Below are positions 9,245 through 20,617 of a stretch of 64,000 nucleotides of DNA, in pieces. Within the stretch, counting starts at the first letter, position 1; every line of letters starts with the position of its first letter. The notes under the pieces are model-generated. The model was not told where the DNA came from and did no database searches. It worked only from the letters and a program-made list of their open reading frames with translations. Source of the DNA: Turneriella sp. (lineage in GTDB: Bacteria > Spirochaetota > Leptospiria > Turneriellales > Turneriellaceae); NCBI GenBank assembly GCA_965279515.1, contig CBDIID010000003.1:3200001-3264000 (forward strand), in the 5' to 3' direction. A program made the translations under genes and the position numbers.

Positions 9245-10001
9245 TACCGAGCTGCCCCTCAAGAAACTGCTTTGCCTCGGGCTGCTGCTCTTGCACACGC
9301 GGTGCGTCCTTTTTGCCGCCGACAGTGAGGATAACCGCCTTACCCTGTGTCAGGCGCGCGTATTCGGCCTTGCGCTGTTCGGGTGAAAGCATCGGGTTCG
9401 GCATAAAATACTGGCCATAGAAATTGCCCTTGAAGCTCGCCATGCCCGCATAATTAAAGAATATTTTATCGCGCTCGCCAGGTATGCCGGGGTCGATGCT
9501 CTGCACGAAGGTGAGTAACGCCGTGAGCCCGCCCGCCGAAAAACCGGTGACAAAGACTTTATTGGTATCGCCAACTTTTTTTTCGGCGAGGCGGGTCAGA
9601 ATGAGATTTGTACCCTGCCGCGAATCTTCGGCGGCTTCGACCATATTGCCCGAGAGCGGCCACCAGTTCTGTACGCTCAGCACCAGGAACTTCTTATCGG
9701 TCGCTGCCTTGTGCAGCACATTGCCGGCGTTTTTATAGAGCTTTTTGTCCTTACTGTTGCCGTGGTAAAAGACCACAATCGGTGCCGAAGCAAGTTCGGC
9801 GGGTGTCACCGTGGCGGGGATAAACAGCAGCGCGCGCACGCCGTCGGCGCCTGCAAAACGAAAAGATTCGCCGCGTGCCTGGATCTCGTGTTTGCCGGCC
9901 TTGCCATCGTCCAAAACCTTGGGAAACAGCACGTCGGCGGTCTGCGCCGAAAGGCTAAAGACCGCCAGCAAAAACAGTGGGACATAATTTTTAAGGGCCA
10001 T
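9156..10001 (-). CDS. Exported alpha/beta hydrolase (esterase/phospholipase-like)
   Basis: Signal peptide; YHGN oxyanion segment, GFSAGG nucleophile elbow, C-terminal FPNQGH. Confidence 0.85.
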   Translation of the reverse strand: MALKNYVPLFLLAVFSLSAQTADVLFPKVLDDGKAGKHEIQARGESFRFAGADGVRALLFIPATVTPAELASAPIVVFYHGNSKDKKLYKNAGNVLHKAATDKKFLVLSVQNWWPLSGNMVEAAEDSRQGTNLILTRLAEKKVGDTNKVFVTGFSAGGLTALLTFVQSIDPGIPGERDKIFFNYAGMASFKGNFYGQYFMPNPMLSPEQRKAEYARLTQGKAVILTVGGKKDAPRVQEQQPEAKQFLEGQLGITVTYHEFPNQGHSLDKDNLELLWQAMGR

Positions 10002-10086
10002 AGAGTATAAACAGGGGGAAATCCCACCTACGTCAAGTATAAGCGAAAATCACATGACGGGGCATGCGGCAAAAAGAGGATAACCC

Positions 10087-10536
10087 ATGGCTCTCGTCAA
10101 AAGCTCGCAGGAAATCACCAATTCGACCATCGGGCCGAACTCTTATTTTACCGGCCGTTTTTATATCAACGGCTCGCTCAAGATCGACGGTAAGTTCGAA
10201 GGCCGCGCTCTGCAGGCAGACCAGCTCTACATCGGCACCACTGGCAAGGTGAAGACCAGCGTCGCGGCGAACTCGGTGTTTGTCGAAGGCGTCATTATCG
10301 GTAATATTGCGGCGAAGAGCCGTGTGATGCTTTTGCCCACGGCGAAAATTTTCGGCGACATCAAAACACCCGAACTCATCATCCAGAACGGTGTGATTCT
10401 CGAAGGCCGCTGCGTGATCGCGAACGACCTCAAGGCATCGGCGAAAGACGTCATCGAAGCCGAGTATCTGAAAGACAACCTCAACGAAGGCATTCTCTTC
10501 CCGAAGAGTGCGCGTCCTGAGAAAGAAAAAGCATAA
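10087..10536 (+). CDS. Bactofilin (polymer-forming cytoskeletal protein)
   Basis: STIGPNSYFTG...GSLKIDGKFEG...GDIKTPELIIQNGVILEGRC; SD GAGG. Confidence 0.92.
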   Translation: MALVKSSQEITNSTIGPNSYFTGRFYINGSLKIDGKFEGRALQADQLYIGTTGKVKTSVAANSVFVEGVIIGNIAAKSRVMLLPTAKIFGDIKTPELIIQNGVILEGRCVIANDLKASAKDVIEAEYLKDNLNEGILFPKSARPEKEKA

Positions 10537-10569
10537 GCTGGTTTTCAGCTATTAATAGCTTCAGAAAAT

Positions 10570-10661
10570 AACCGCAAAGGACGCAAAGTTTCGCAAAGTA
10601 ATCGGAGCAGGCAGGAAAGCTTTGATATCTTCCTTTGCGTTTCTCTGCGTACTTTGCGGTT
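10570..10661. repeat. Intergenic inverted-repeat element built from CGCAAAG units
   Basis: AACCGCAAAG-GACGCAAAG-TTTCGCAAAG ... CTTTGCG-TTTCTCTGCG-TACTTTGCGGTT. Confidence 0.8.
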
Positions 10662-10695
10662 GATTCTTGCAGTTCCTTAATTTCAGGAGATTAGC

Positions 10696-11745
10696 ATCGC
10701 TTCCCCAAATGCCACCTCTCCGGTTATTGTATCTCAGGGCGACGCCGCTGGTGCCGGCTGGTACGCCTTTAAAGAAATCATTGCATCGCATAAGAAATTC
10801 TTTCCGGTAAAAAAGAAGGATTTCCCCCTCATACGCCGCCTTGTTACAGTCGGTGATCTCTTCGACACCGAAGCCGACTTTGTCGAAAAACATTTCCATG
10901 TCACCGATTTTTCGGCAAAACCAGCAGTCATCGACGCGCTGCTCGCCGATAAAAAAATAAAAAAACCGATCTTTCTCGCCGTCGCGCGCGGCAAAAACCT
11001 CGAACCCGGCAAGGGCAATTCGCTGATTGCGCTGCGCTCGTACCACGCCTTCCAGAAGGCGATGAAACTGTTCCAGGAACATGCATCCTCTTCGCTGGTG
11101 ACCCTGCCGGTTTCGAAAGAACTCATCATGAAGGCCGGCATGACTTTTACCGGGCATACCGAAGAGCTCGCCGCGGCTTTTCAGAAAAAGGTCTTCATGT
11201 GCATGTACCACAGGAAGTTTTCCGTAATCCCGCTGACCAACCACATTCCCTTGGCGATGGTTTCGCGCAAACTCTATGAGGTCTCTATTGAAGATCTCGG
11301 GGAAACGCTGCACCAGTACACGGCAATATTCCAGCCTAAAGCCAAAACCGCGTGGTGCGGGGTGAATCCCCATTGCGGCGAGAACGGGCGCATCGGCAAC
11401 GAAGAAGAATTTGTACGCCGGGGAATTGACCTTTTGGCGAAAAAGGGCATCCCCGTCGACGGCCCGATTTCGGCTGACGCGGTCTTTACCAAGCACGTGC
11501 TCGGCAATTATTCCCTGGTGCTTGCCAACTACCACGACCAGGGGCTCATTCCCTTTAAGTCGCTGGCGGGCATGGCGGGCGTCAATACGACGCTGGGGTT
11601 GCCGCGGCTTCGGGTTTCACCCGACCACGGCACGGCGTTTCAGCAGACCGCCGCAAAACAGGTGGACGTGACAGGCGTGCTCGCGAGTTTGCGGTTTGCT
11701 TTTGGGTACGCGGAAAAATGGCAGCAGGCATCTCAGCAGCATTAG
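10696..11745 (+). CDS. pdxA: 4-hydroxythreonine-4-phosphate dehydrogenase (probable non-canonical ATC start)
   Basis: VTLPVSK, TGHTE, LTNHIPL, NPHCGE, GPISAD, YHDQGLIPFK, RVSPDHGTAF. The frame is open back to 10681 and contains the N-terminal VIVSQGDAAG motif. Confidence 0.88.
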   Translation: MASPNATSPVIVSQGDAAGAGWYAFKEIIASHKKFFPVKKKDFPLIRRLVTVGDLFDTEADFVEKHFHVTDFSAKPAVIDALLADKKIKKPIFLAVARGKNLEPGKGNSLIALRSYHAFQKAMKLFQEHASSSLVTLPVSKELIMKAGMTFTGHTEELAAAFQKKVFMCMYHRKFSVIPLTNHIPLAMVSRKLYEVSIEDLGETLHQYTAIFQPKAKTAWCGVNPHCGENGRIGNEEEFVRRGIDLLAKKGIPVDGPISADAVFTKHVLGNYSLVLANYHDQGLIPFKSLAGMAGVNTTLGLPRLRVSPDHGTAFQQTAAKQVDVTGVLASLRFAFGYAEKWQQASQQH

Positions 11746-12074
11746 CACTCGGCGCTCTCGCGCTGCTTTTTTTGACCTTTCGTAGCGGCGTTGCGCTCTA
11801 CCAGAAAATATTGGGCTATGCGACCCTGGCCGGGCTCGTTTATTTTTATTTTCCCGAATTGCAGCTGACGTATAAGCAGCTTACGGCGGGGGATTACAAG
11901 ACCGCGCTCAGGGAATTTGTTTCTGTTTTGCAGGTCGCCCTGCCGGTGCTCGCCTTCGCGCTGTTCTGGATGGCGTTTGTGGTCTCGTCGGCAATGGACG
12001 CGGGCAAAATACTTATTTTTCTCTTTATTCTTTTTCTCGCGTCGAGTATTGCGAAGATTATCTACCTGGTTTAA
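11718..12074 (+). CDS. Small hypothetical membrane protein (~4 TM)
   Basis: Strongly hydrophobic 118-aa ORF overlapping the pdxA 3' end. Confidence 0.7.
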   Translation: MAAGISAALALGALALLFLTFRSGVALYQKILGYATLAGLVYFYFPELQLTYKQLTAGDYKTALREFVSVLQVALPVLAFALFWMAFVVSSAMDAGKILIFLFILFLASSIAKIIYLV

Positions 12075-12208
12075 TTCAGGTCTTCTTTTTTCCAGGCCGC
12101 AGTACGCTTATAGGTTTTACGGGAAATATTCTGCGCTTTCGGGCGCTGGCGAATGAGCGTGCGGGGGGCTCTTTGTTTCACTTTGACGGTAATCTTCTGC
12201 GTTTTCAT
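12071..12208 (-). CDS. Small very basic protein (45 aa), possibly ArfA-like
   Basis: AGGGA SD before ATG 12208; MKTQKITVKVKQRAPRTLIRQRPKAQNISRKTYKRTAAWKKEDLN. Confidence 0.45.
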   Translation of the reverse strand: MKTQKITVKVKQRAPRTLIRQRPKAQNISRKTYKRTAAWKKEDLN

Positions 12209-12296
12209 CAAAATCCCTGAGTTAAGTACGTAAGAAAACGCAGCTCCGGACATTTTTTAGGAAATCCGGGTTTACAATTTCAAAATACACAAACTC

Positions 12297-13910
12297 GTGC
12301 CCATAAAGCCGATGGATGCCGAGGTACTCAAGCATGAATTTTTCTTCGAGCACTCCCTGGATCTGTTAGCCATCGTCGGCAGCGACGGTTATTTTAAGCT
12401 CGTTAATCCGGCTTTCGAGCGCGTACTCGGTTACAGCGCCGCGGAAATGTATGCCAAGCCGGTGGTTGATTTTTTACACCCGGATGACGTGGCTAAAACC
12501 AAACGCGGTATTGCAACGCTCACGGGGGGATCTCCCACCATTGCTTCGAAAAACCGCTATCTCTGCAAAAATGGCGAGTACAAATGGATGTCGTGGAATT
12601 CAGCCCCGGTCGGCCCGAACTTTTATACAATTGGCAGGGATGTCACGGCTCAGGTCGCATCTGAAGAACAGATTCAGCTTCTTAACCAGGGGTTGCAGCG
12701 CAATAATGCCGACCTGGAGCAAGAGATTCAGGCCCGTCTTACAGAACTCAAACAGACCGAAGCGCAGGTTCAGCAGTTGCAGAAGATGGATGCGGTGGGC
12801 AGGCTCGCAGGTGGCATTGCCCATGACTTCAACAATATGTTGGCGGTCATCATGCTCAGCTGTGAACTCCTGAAAGAAGATCATGCGGATGGCGCAGCGG
12901 TCTTAGACCACGTCGAGTCGATCAGGGAAGTTACCGACCGTGCGGCAGCGCTGACGCGGCAGCTGCTCGTTTTCAGCAGAAAGCAGGTCACCCAGTTGCA
13001 GGCAGTCGATGTCAATGCATTGCTCATGCAACTGGAGAAAATGCTGAAACGGCTCATCGGCGAAAATATCCAGATTGTCCTGAAGCTTTCGGCCGATGCC
13101 AAACACGTCAGCGGCGACCCTAACCAGATGGAGCAGATCGTGATGAATCTCGTCGTGAATGCCCGCGATGCGATGCCTAATGGGGGCAAAATTACTATCG
13201 AAACGGCGAATGTGTATCTCGATGAAACTTTCACGAACAAACATTTGTCGGTCAGCGAAGGCGATTATGTGCTTTTCAGTGTCGCCGATGAAGGTACGGG
13301 CATGGACGCAGAAACCGTATCGAAAATATTCGAGCCCTTTTTTACGACAAAGCCGCCGGGCAAAGGTACGGGATTAGGTTTAACGACAACATACGGCATC
13401 GTCAAACAAAGCAACGGCACCATTTGGGTCTATAGCGAACCGGGACGGGGTACGGTTTTTAAGATTTATTTACCGATCGTCGAAAAAGCTGCGGCCGATC
13501 GCAGAGAGCTTTCCCTTACCGAAGCCAAGATTACCGGTAACGAAATCATTTTGCTCGTCGAGGATGATAAAAATCTGCGCAATGCATTCATGGCGATGAT
13601 GAAGAAAAAGGGCTATCAGGTGCTCGTTGCCGAAAATGGGCTCGAGGCACTAAAGATTGTCGAAACGCAGGGGGAAAAAATCGATCTGCTTCTGACGGAT
13701 ATCATCATGCCGGATATTAGCGGTTTTGAGCTGGCGAAGAGGGCAAAACTTGCTCAGCCTTCGCTGCGGGTGCTCTATATGTCAGGTTACACAAGCGATA
13801 CACTGGAAAGCTCTGGCATGGATCGTGTCGAAATTCTCGAATTCATCCAGAAGCCGTTCGGCATGGATACGTTGACGGCGAAGATTGCCGCGATTCTTAA
13901 CCCGCGCTGA
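12297..13910 (+). CDS. PAS-domain hybrid sensor histidine kinase (PAS-HisKA-HATPase-REC)
   Basis: FLHPDD PAS, GGIAHDFNN H-box, NLVVNARDAM, GKGTGLGL, LLTDIIMP receiver. Confidence 0.95.
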   Translation: MPIKPMDAEVLKHEFFFEHSLDLLAIVGSDGYFKLVNPAFERVLGYSAAEMYAKPVVDFLHPDDVAKTKRGIATLTGGSPTIASKNRYLCKNGEYKWMSWNSAPVGPNFYTIGRDVTAQVASEEQIQLLNQGLQRNNADLEQEIQARLTELKQTEAQVQQLQKMDAVGRLAGGIAHDFNNMLAVIMLSCELLKEDHADGAAVLDHVESIREVTDRAAALTRQLLVFSRKQVTQLQAVDVNALLMQLEKMLKRLIGENIQIVLKLSADAKHVSGDPNQMEQIVMNLVVNARDAMPNGGKITIETANVYLDETFTNKHLSVSEGDYVLFSVADEGTGMDAETVSKIFEPFFTTKPPGKGTGLGLTTTYGIVKQSNGTIWVYSEPGRGTVFKIYLPIVEKAAADRRELSLTEAKITGNEIILLVEDDKNLRNAFMAMMKKKGYQVLVAENGLEALKIVETQGEKIDLLLTDIIMPDISGFELAKRAKLAQPSLRVLYMSGYTSDTLESSGMDRVEILEFIQKPFGMDTLTAKIAAILNPR

Positions 13911-15009
13911 TCTCGTTATACCACTGCTGTGCATAACGATCGGTCATACCGGCGATGAAATCGGCAATGACCCTGTGAGCGCCCAGGATTTCCGTTCGTT
14001 CGAAAAAATCTTCCGGTAGCTTTTGAGGGTTAGCGACCAGGTAGTCGAAGATAGCGTGAATCATTTGCGTCGCGCGTTCGTTCATGCCGACTACATCTTT
14101 GTGGCGATAGAGATGGTGGAAGAGGAATTTTTTGAGCTGTTTTACACGCGCATCCATCGTCTCTGAGAATGTGATGAGCGGCGGTTTTGCAATATCGGCA
14201 TTGTATGCGAGAACGTCTTCGAAAGCGGAGAGCCCCGCCTTTGCGATGTGTGCCTGGGAGGTTGCGATGAGATCGCCTGCCATGCTATTGATGAGTTCAC
14301 GGATGGTCGCCCGGATACAAATTTTATCTTTTATCTGCGGGTATTTGCTGCGGATCATCGTAAAATTTTCCCGCCAGATATCCACCTCGTCGAGTGCTTT
14401 GAGTTGCAAATGGCCGCTGTCGAGACCATCATCGATGTCATGGTTATTGTAGGCGATCTCATCGCAGATGTCGACGATCATCGCCTCGAAGGCATGGCCT
14501 CGGCCCGCAGGCAGCGAGGCGTGCTTTTGCAGACTGGAACGCGTACCCTGAGTCAGGTTGAGCCCGGCGAACGCGGGGTAACGTTCTTCGAGCGTCGTTA
14601 CGATTCGCAATGTCTGTTCGTTGTGATCGAAGCCGCCATGCTCGCGCATTTTCTCATGCAAGGCGCGCTCTCCCGCATGACCAAAAGGGGGATGCCCCAT
14701 GTCATGCGCTAATGCTACGGTTTCGGTCAAATCTTCGTTGAGGCCGAGCGTGCGGGCAACAGTGCGTGCAATCTGCGCCACCTCGATCGAATGCGTCAGG
14801 CGTGTGCGGAAGTTGTCCCCCAAGTGGTTTACGAAGACCTGCGTCTTGTATTCAAGACGCCGGAAATATTTGGAGTGCACGACGCGGTCACGGTCGCGCT
14901 GAAAATCATTGCGCAGCGGGTGCGACTCTTCGGGAAACTCGCGGCTCTCGAAATATTTGCCTTGGGCGGCGAGCGGTGAGAGTACAACTAAAGTATTAGG
15001 CCGTATCAT
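13897..15009 (-). CDS. dgt: Deoxyguanosinetriphosphate triphosphohydrolase (HD domain)
   Basis: FQRDRDRV..S.FRRL..KTQV, RTRLTHSIEV, AHDMGHPPFGHAGE, DFIAGMTD. Confidence 0.94.
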   Translation of the reverse strand: MIRPNTLVVLSPLAAQGKYFESREFPEESHPLRNDFQRDRDRVVHSKYFRRLEYKTQVFVNHLGDNFRTRLTHSIEVAQIARTVARTLGLNEDLTETVALAHDMGHPPFGHAGERALHEKMREHGGFDHNEQTLRIVTTLEERYPAFAGLNLTQGTRSSLQKHASLPAGRGHAFEAMIVDICDEIAYNNHDIDDGLDSGHLQLKALDEVDIWRENFTMIRSKYPQIKDKICIRATIRELINSMAGDLIATSQAHIAKAGLSAFEDVLAYNADIAKPPLITFSETMDARVKQLKKFLFHHLYRHKDVVGMNERATQMIHAIFDYLVANPQKLPEDFFERTEILGAHRVIADFIAGMTDRYAQQWYNEISAG

Positions 15010-15097
15010 GATCTATCATCGGACAGTAATCAGGGTCTGGCCGCAGCTGCGAACCTATTTCCTTGACGATCACCGCTCCTGAGATTATTGTTAAGGC

Positions 15098-15622
15098 ATG
15101 CCGAAAGTCTACCGTATCATACTGATCATCTTCGCGCTGGCTCTTTTGCAAAGCTGTAAAACGCCAAAACCTGTACATAAAAAACCAAGACCCGTACCCA
15201 CGGATTTTGTGGAACTGGCCGCGTTGGCCTTTCCCCCTGAAGGCGGAGTCAAAATGGAATACAGCGATGTTTTATGGGGCGAGCTTTATCAACTGCCGCG
15301 CTGGTATTTCCTGAAAATACCAGCAAGCGCCGCTGAGCAGGCCCCTTCGCCTCAAACCGTCGGGGGCAAAGCCTGGTACCTTGCGTTTACCGACGCGGGC
15401 AAATTGAAATATTATGCGAAGAAAAATCAGCACCTGGATGCAAAAGGCCAGGCACTCTATCTGACGATGACTCCGGGGCAGGCTGTCGAGTTTGCCCGCA
15501 CACATAATAACGGTCAGGTCGTCGGCGTGCGCTTTAATGAAGGGCAAAAGGCTGGCTGGTCCGGGCCGATGCATAATCTGACGTTGCTGCCTGAATATCT
15601 GAAAGCAAAGGGGTTGTACTGA
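15098..15622 (+). CDS. Hypothetical lipoprotein
   Basis: Lipobox LQSC; promoter TTGACG-N17-TATTGT-N6-ATG. Confidence 0.75.
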   Translation: MPKVYRIILIIFALALLQSCKTPKPVHKKPRPVPTDFVELAALAFPPEGGVKMEYSDVLWGELYQLPRWYFLKIPASAAEQAPSPQTVGGKAWYLAFTDAGKLKYYAKKNQHLDAKGQALYLTMTPGQAVEFARTHNNGQVVGVRFNEGQKAGWSGPMHNLTLLPEYLKAKGLY

Positions 15623-15676
15623 GCCGGTAACGGCCACTTTGTCTTGACTTCACGCGGCAATTGCAGATTCTTTACC

Positions 15677-16966
15677 ATGCTGAAATATTCCCGAGTTTTG
15701 TTTTCTTTCGCTGTTTTAACGTTGTTTGCCAATGCGACCTATGCGTGGCAAAACCATTACCTCTTCAACAGGGCTGCCCTCGAAGTTTTGCCTGAAGTTG
15801 CCAACGCGCCCAAGGTTCCCGTCGAGCGGCTCGAAGATTTTCTTCTCAAAGAACAAGAAGGCCTCGTTAAGCTCATGGCGCAGATTGAGGCCGATGCAAA
15901 ACTGACCTATGCCAAGGCGGCCCCGCAACCCGATGCACTGGCTTTTAAAGGCGGCGATGCCGCGACGATACGCAATAATTTCATGCGCGCGCTGCGCCTT
16001 AACCCCGGTACACCGCTCGGTTATTTTTTGCAAGTCGCACCTGGTCGTCCCTTGCCCGGTAAAAAATCCAACCCCGATATTGTCAGCATCTTTGGTGAAA
16101 AAGATCTCAAGCGCGCCTATGTATTTTATGATATCAAAAAGGGCGAGATGGTTGCCCCGCTCGAGGTGCTGGCAACCGCAGGCGATGAGCCGGATTTCGG
16201 CCTGGACATCAATCTCTTTACCGATAACAATCAGGATTTCAGCAAGAACTATGGCTTTGGTGAGCAGTCATTCGGCGACCCAAAACTTTATTACGGCTCA
16301 CAGGCGCCTTTCCACATCGGTTATTACCACGAATCGGGCATTATTTTTATGGCCGCTGGTTTTTTAAAACGCACCTACCCACGCTACCGTGTGCATCAGA
16401 ATCTGAGTCTTGCGCGTTACGCGTTCAAGACCGGGCATCCTTACTGGGGTTATCGTTTTCTCGGCTGGGGATTACACTATGTCGGCGACCTGACGCAACC
16501 CTACCATGCGCGTGTTTTGCCCAACTATGGCACGATGGGCATGCTGTGGATTAACATCAAGGCGATGATGGGTTTTGATACGGCAAAGAAAGAAGCGATC
16601 GAACGTATTTCAAACCGGCATACGACCATCGAGAACTATCATTTCTCGGTGCTGGCGGCGGCGTATGCGGAAAATAACCTCAAGCACCCTTTTCTGCAGG
16701 CAGTTATGGCAACGGATAAAGATAAAGGTTATGGTGCATTCGACGATAACTATGTCGTCGAGGTTTTAACTAAGGATAGCTACGGAATTTCCGATCGCAT
16801 CGATACGCTGATCGACGAGTCAAACCTGCTCAAAGGGTTTGCCGATGGAAACCTTTTGCCTGAAGTCAATAAGAAGGCGCTGGCAGAACTCGATACGGCT
16901 ATTACGGAGCATATGCGCGGCGTTGGCTCGCACCTGCGTAACTTCGTCCGGGCCGGGGTAAACTAG
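15677..16966 (+). CDS. Secreted zinc-dependent phospholipase C/P1-nuclease-fold protein
   Basis: Signal peptide then W-x-x-H (WQNH) at the mature N-terminus; DEPD, PFH, HYVGDLTQPYH, HxxxE. Confidence 0.8.
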   Translation: MLKYSRVLFSFAVLTLFANATYAWQNHYLFNRAALEVLPEVANAPKVPVERLEDFLLKEQEGLVKLMAQIEADAKLTYAKAAPQPDALAFKGGDAATIRNNFMRALRLNPGTPLGYFLQVAPGRPLPGKKSNPDIVSIFGEKDLKRAYVFYDIKKGEMVAPLEVLATAGDEPDFGLDINLFTDNNQDFSKNYGFGEQSFGDPKLYYGSQAPFHIGYYHESGIIFMAAGFLKRTYPRYRVHQNLSLARYAFKTGHPYWGYRFLGWGLHYVGDLTQPYHARVLPNYGTMGMLWINIKAMMGFDTAKKEAIERISNRHTTIENYHFSVLAAAYAENNLKHPFLQAVMATDKDKGYGAFDDNYVVEVLTKDSYGISDRIDTLIDESNLLKGFADGNLLPEVNKKALAELDTAITEHMRGVGSHLRNFVRAGVN

Positions 16967-16984
16967 GCCCGGACGCGAAACGGG

Positions 16985-19093
<2,109 letters not shown>

Positions 19094-19143
19094 TCACAGA
19101 AATTACCGACGGGAAGCCGAACTGCCGATATTTAGAAAGGCCT

Positions 19144-20346
19144 ATGCCCGAAATCAAGATTAAAGACTATAAAGCGGGATCCACCGTCATTATTCAGAAT
19201 GCCCCGAACCCGGGGTTGTTTTATATTGTCAGAAAAGGCGTGCTCGCGATCGATACGGAGCACCGCCTCAACGATAAGGTGCTCTCGCGTTTTGAGGCGG
19301 GTGACAGCTTTGGCCTGGTCTCGGCGCTCACCGGGCACCATTTTCTCGTCACCATCTATGCGGCGAACGACGCGCAGGTTGCGGAGATTCCCATCACCAT
19401 GATCGGCAGTTATCTCAAGGCCCAGCCCGAACTGGCGCTCAAGATGCTGCGCCTCTATTCGCGGGAGCTAAGGACCATACAGTTGCATCTCTCAAGGCTC
19501 GATACTCCCGAAGACCGCAATGTGAGTCCGGAGATTCTGCTCGCGCTGGCGCAAAAGTATATCGATTGGGAAAAACCGCAGTACGCCGCGCGCGCGATCA
19601 AATCATACATCAGCTGGGCCGAGAAGAACAATGGCGTTCATCTCGATACCGCCCGCAACCTGTGGAAAGATGTTGAGGGTGCACATAAGTCGATTGAATT
19701 TTCCGGAAAGGGCACCCTGGTTCCGGCAGATACCATGCTCTTCTCCGAAGGCGAAATGGGGCGCGATATTTTTGTCATACTCGCCGGCTCGGTAAAGATG
19801 ATGCGGATTGTCCGCGGCGAAGAATTCATCATCGATGTGTTGGGTGCGGGTGAGCTGTTCGGCGAAATGGCGTTTATCGAAAGCGCGCCGCGCATGGGTT
19901 CGGCGATTACCACACAGGATTCGCAGCTTATCCGCATTAGCCCCGAGCAGCTTGTTTCGAGCGTGGGTGAGGGCGTGCTGCAGAAAATTTTCGAGAACAT
20001 GGCGCGGCGTATCTGGTTTTCGCACCAGCGGCTCATCATCTTCAAGATCACGGACCCCCTGGTGCGCATGTATGCCTTTCTCTATAACCTGGTGCGTAAC
20101 CAGAATATGCGGATGAAGGATAAGAGCGGACAGGATCGTTCATATAAATTCGATATTACTTTGAGTGAACTCAAGACGATGTGCGGCATTATGCGCCTGA
20201 AAGATTCCACGGAGTCAGCACTCTCCGGGAACACGAATTTTATCATCGCCCCGGACAGCATCACAGTCAAGAGCCGCAAGAAGCTCGAAGACCAGGTCGC
20301 CTATTACCGCGCCAAGTCGGGCCAGATCATCGCTGAGACGAAATAA
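19144..20346 (+). CDS. Crp/Fnr-like protein with tandem cNMP-binding domains
   Basis: AGDSFGLVS and AGELFGEMAFI..PRMGSA cassettes, helical linker, C-terminal ITLSEL segment. Confidence 0.85.
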   Translation: MPEIKIKDYKAGSTVIIQNAPNPGLFYIVRKGVLAIDTEHRLNDKVLSRFEAGDSFGLVSALTGHHFLVTIYAANDAQVAEIPITMIGSYLKAQPELALKMLRLYSRELRTIQLHLSRLDTPEDRNVSPEILLALAQKYIDWEKPQYAARAIKSYISWAEKNNGVHLDTARNLWKDVEGAHKSIEFSGKGTLVPADTMLFSEGEMGRDIFVILAGSVKMMRIVRGEEFIIDVLGAGELFGEMAFIESAPRMGSAITTQDSQLIRISPEQLVSSVGEGVLQKIFENMARRIWFSHQRLIIFKITDPLVRMYAFLYNLVRNQNMRMKDKSGQDRSYKFDITLSELKTMCGIMRLKDSTESALSGNTNFIIAPDSITVKSRKKLEDQVAYYRAKSGQIIAETK

Positions 20347-20362
20347 GATTCATCAGGTTTTT

Positions 20363-20464
20363 TCATTTGTCTTTGCGGTTACCCAGGTATTGAATAATGG
20401 ACAAAACACCGCCAGTCGTAGCGATGATAGCGGCACCAATCAGGAATAGCAGCCGTTCACCCAT
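20363..20464 (-). CDS. Putative single-TM micropeptide (33 aa)
   Basis: MGERLLFLIGAAIIATTGGVLSIIQYLGNRKDK; start overlaps the stop of the upstream micro-ORF. Confidence 0.5.
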   Translation of the reverse strand: MGERLLFLIGAAIIATTGGVLSIIQYLGNRKDK

Positions 20465-20576
20465 GGCGGCGCGATTTTTCTACTTCGCGGGCAACCATGC
20501 GTGACAACCCCACGCCCATCAGATACAAACCTGAGGTTATTGCGACAATGCTTGCAATAATCATGAGGGGGCTCAT
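20457..20576 (-). CDS. Putative single-TM micropeptide (39 aa)
   Basis: MSPLMIIASIVAITSGLYLMGVGLSRMVAREVEKSRRHG; preceded by TTGACG-N17-TAGCTT-N6. Confidence 0.55.
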   Translation of the reverse strand: MSPLMIIASIVAITSGLYLMGVGLSRMVAREVEKSRRHG

Positions 20577-20582
20577 GTGGTT

Positions 20583-20611
20583 AAGCTAAGCCTGATTTCC
20601 TGCTGCGTCAA
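20583..20611 (-). promoter_or_regulatory. Sigma-70 promoter (leaderless geometry) for the micropeptide pair
   Basis: TTGACG cagcaggaaatcaggct TAGCTT aaccac ATG. Confidence 0.55.
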
Positions 20612-20617
20612 TTAAAA

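Noticed and set aside
10709..10711. ATG as the pdxA start
   Set aside because: Out of frame with pdxA and too far from the AGGAG SD; valid only if there is an indel error.
10561..11535. 324-aa minus-strand ORF
   Set aside because: Antisense to the extended pdxA frame and runs through the repeat element; no family motifs.
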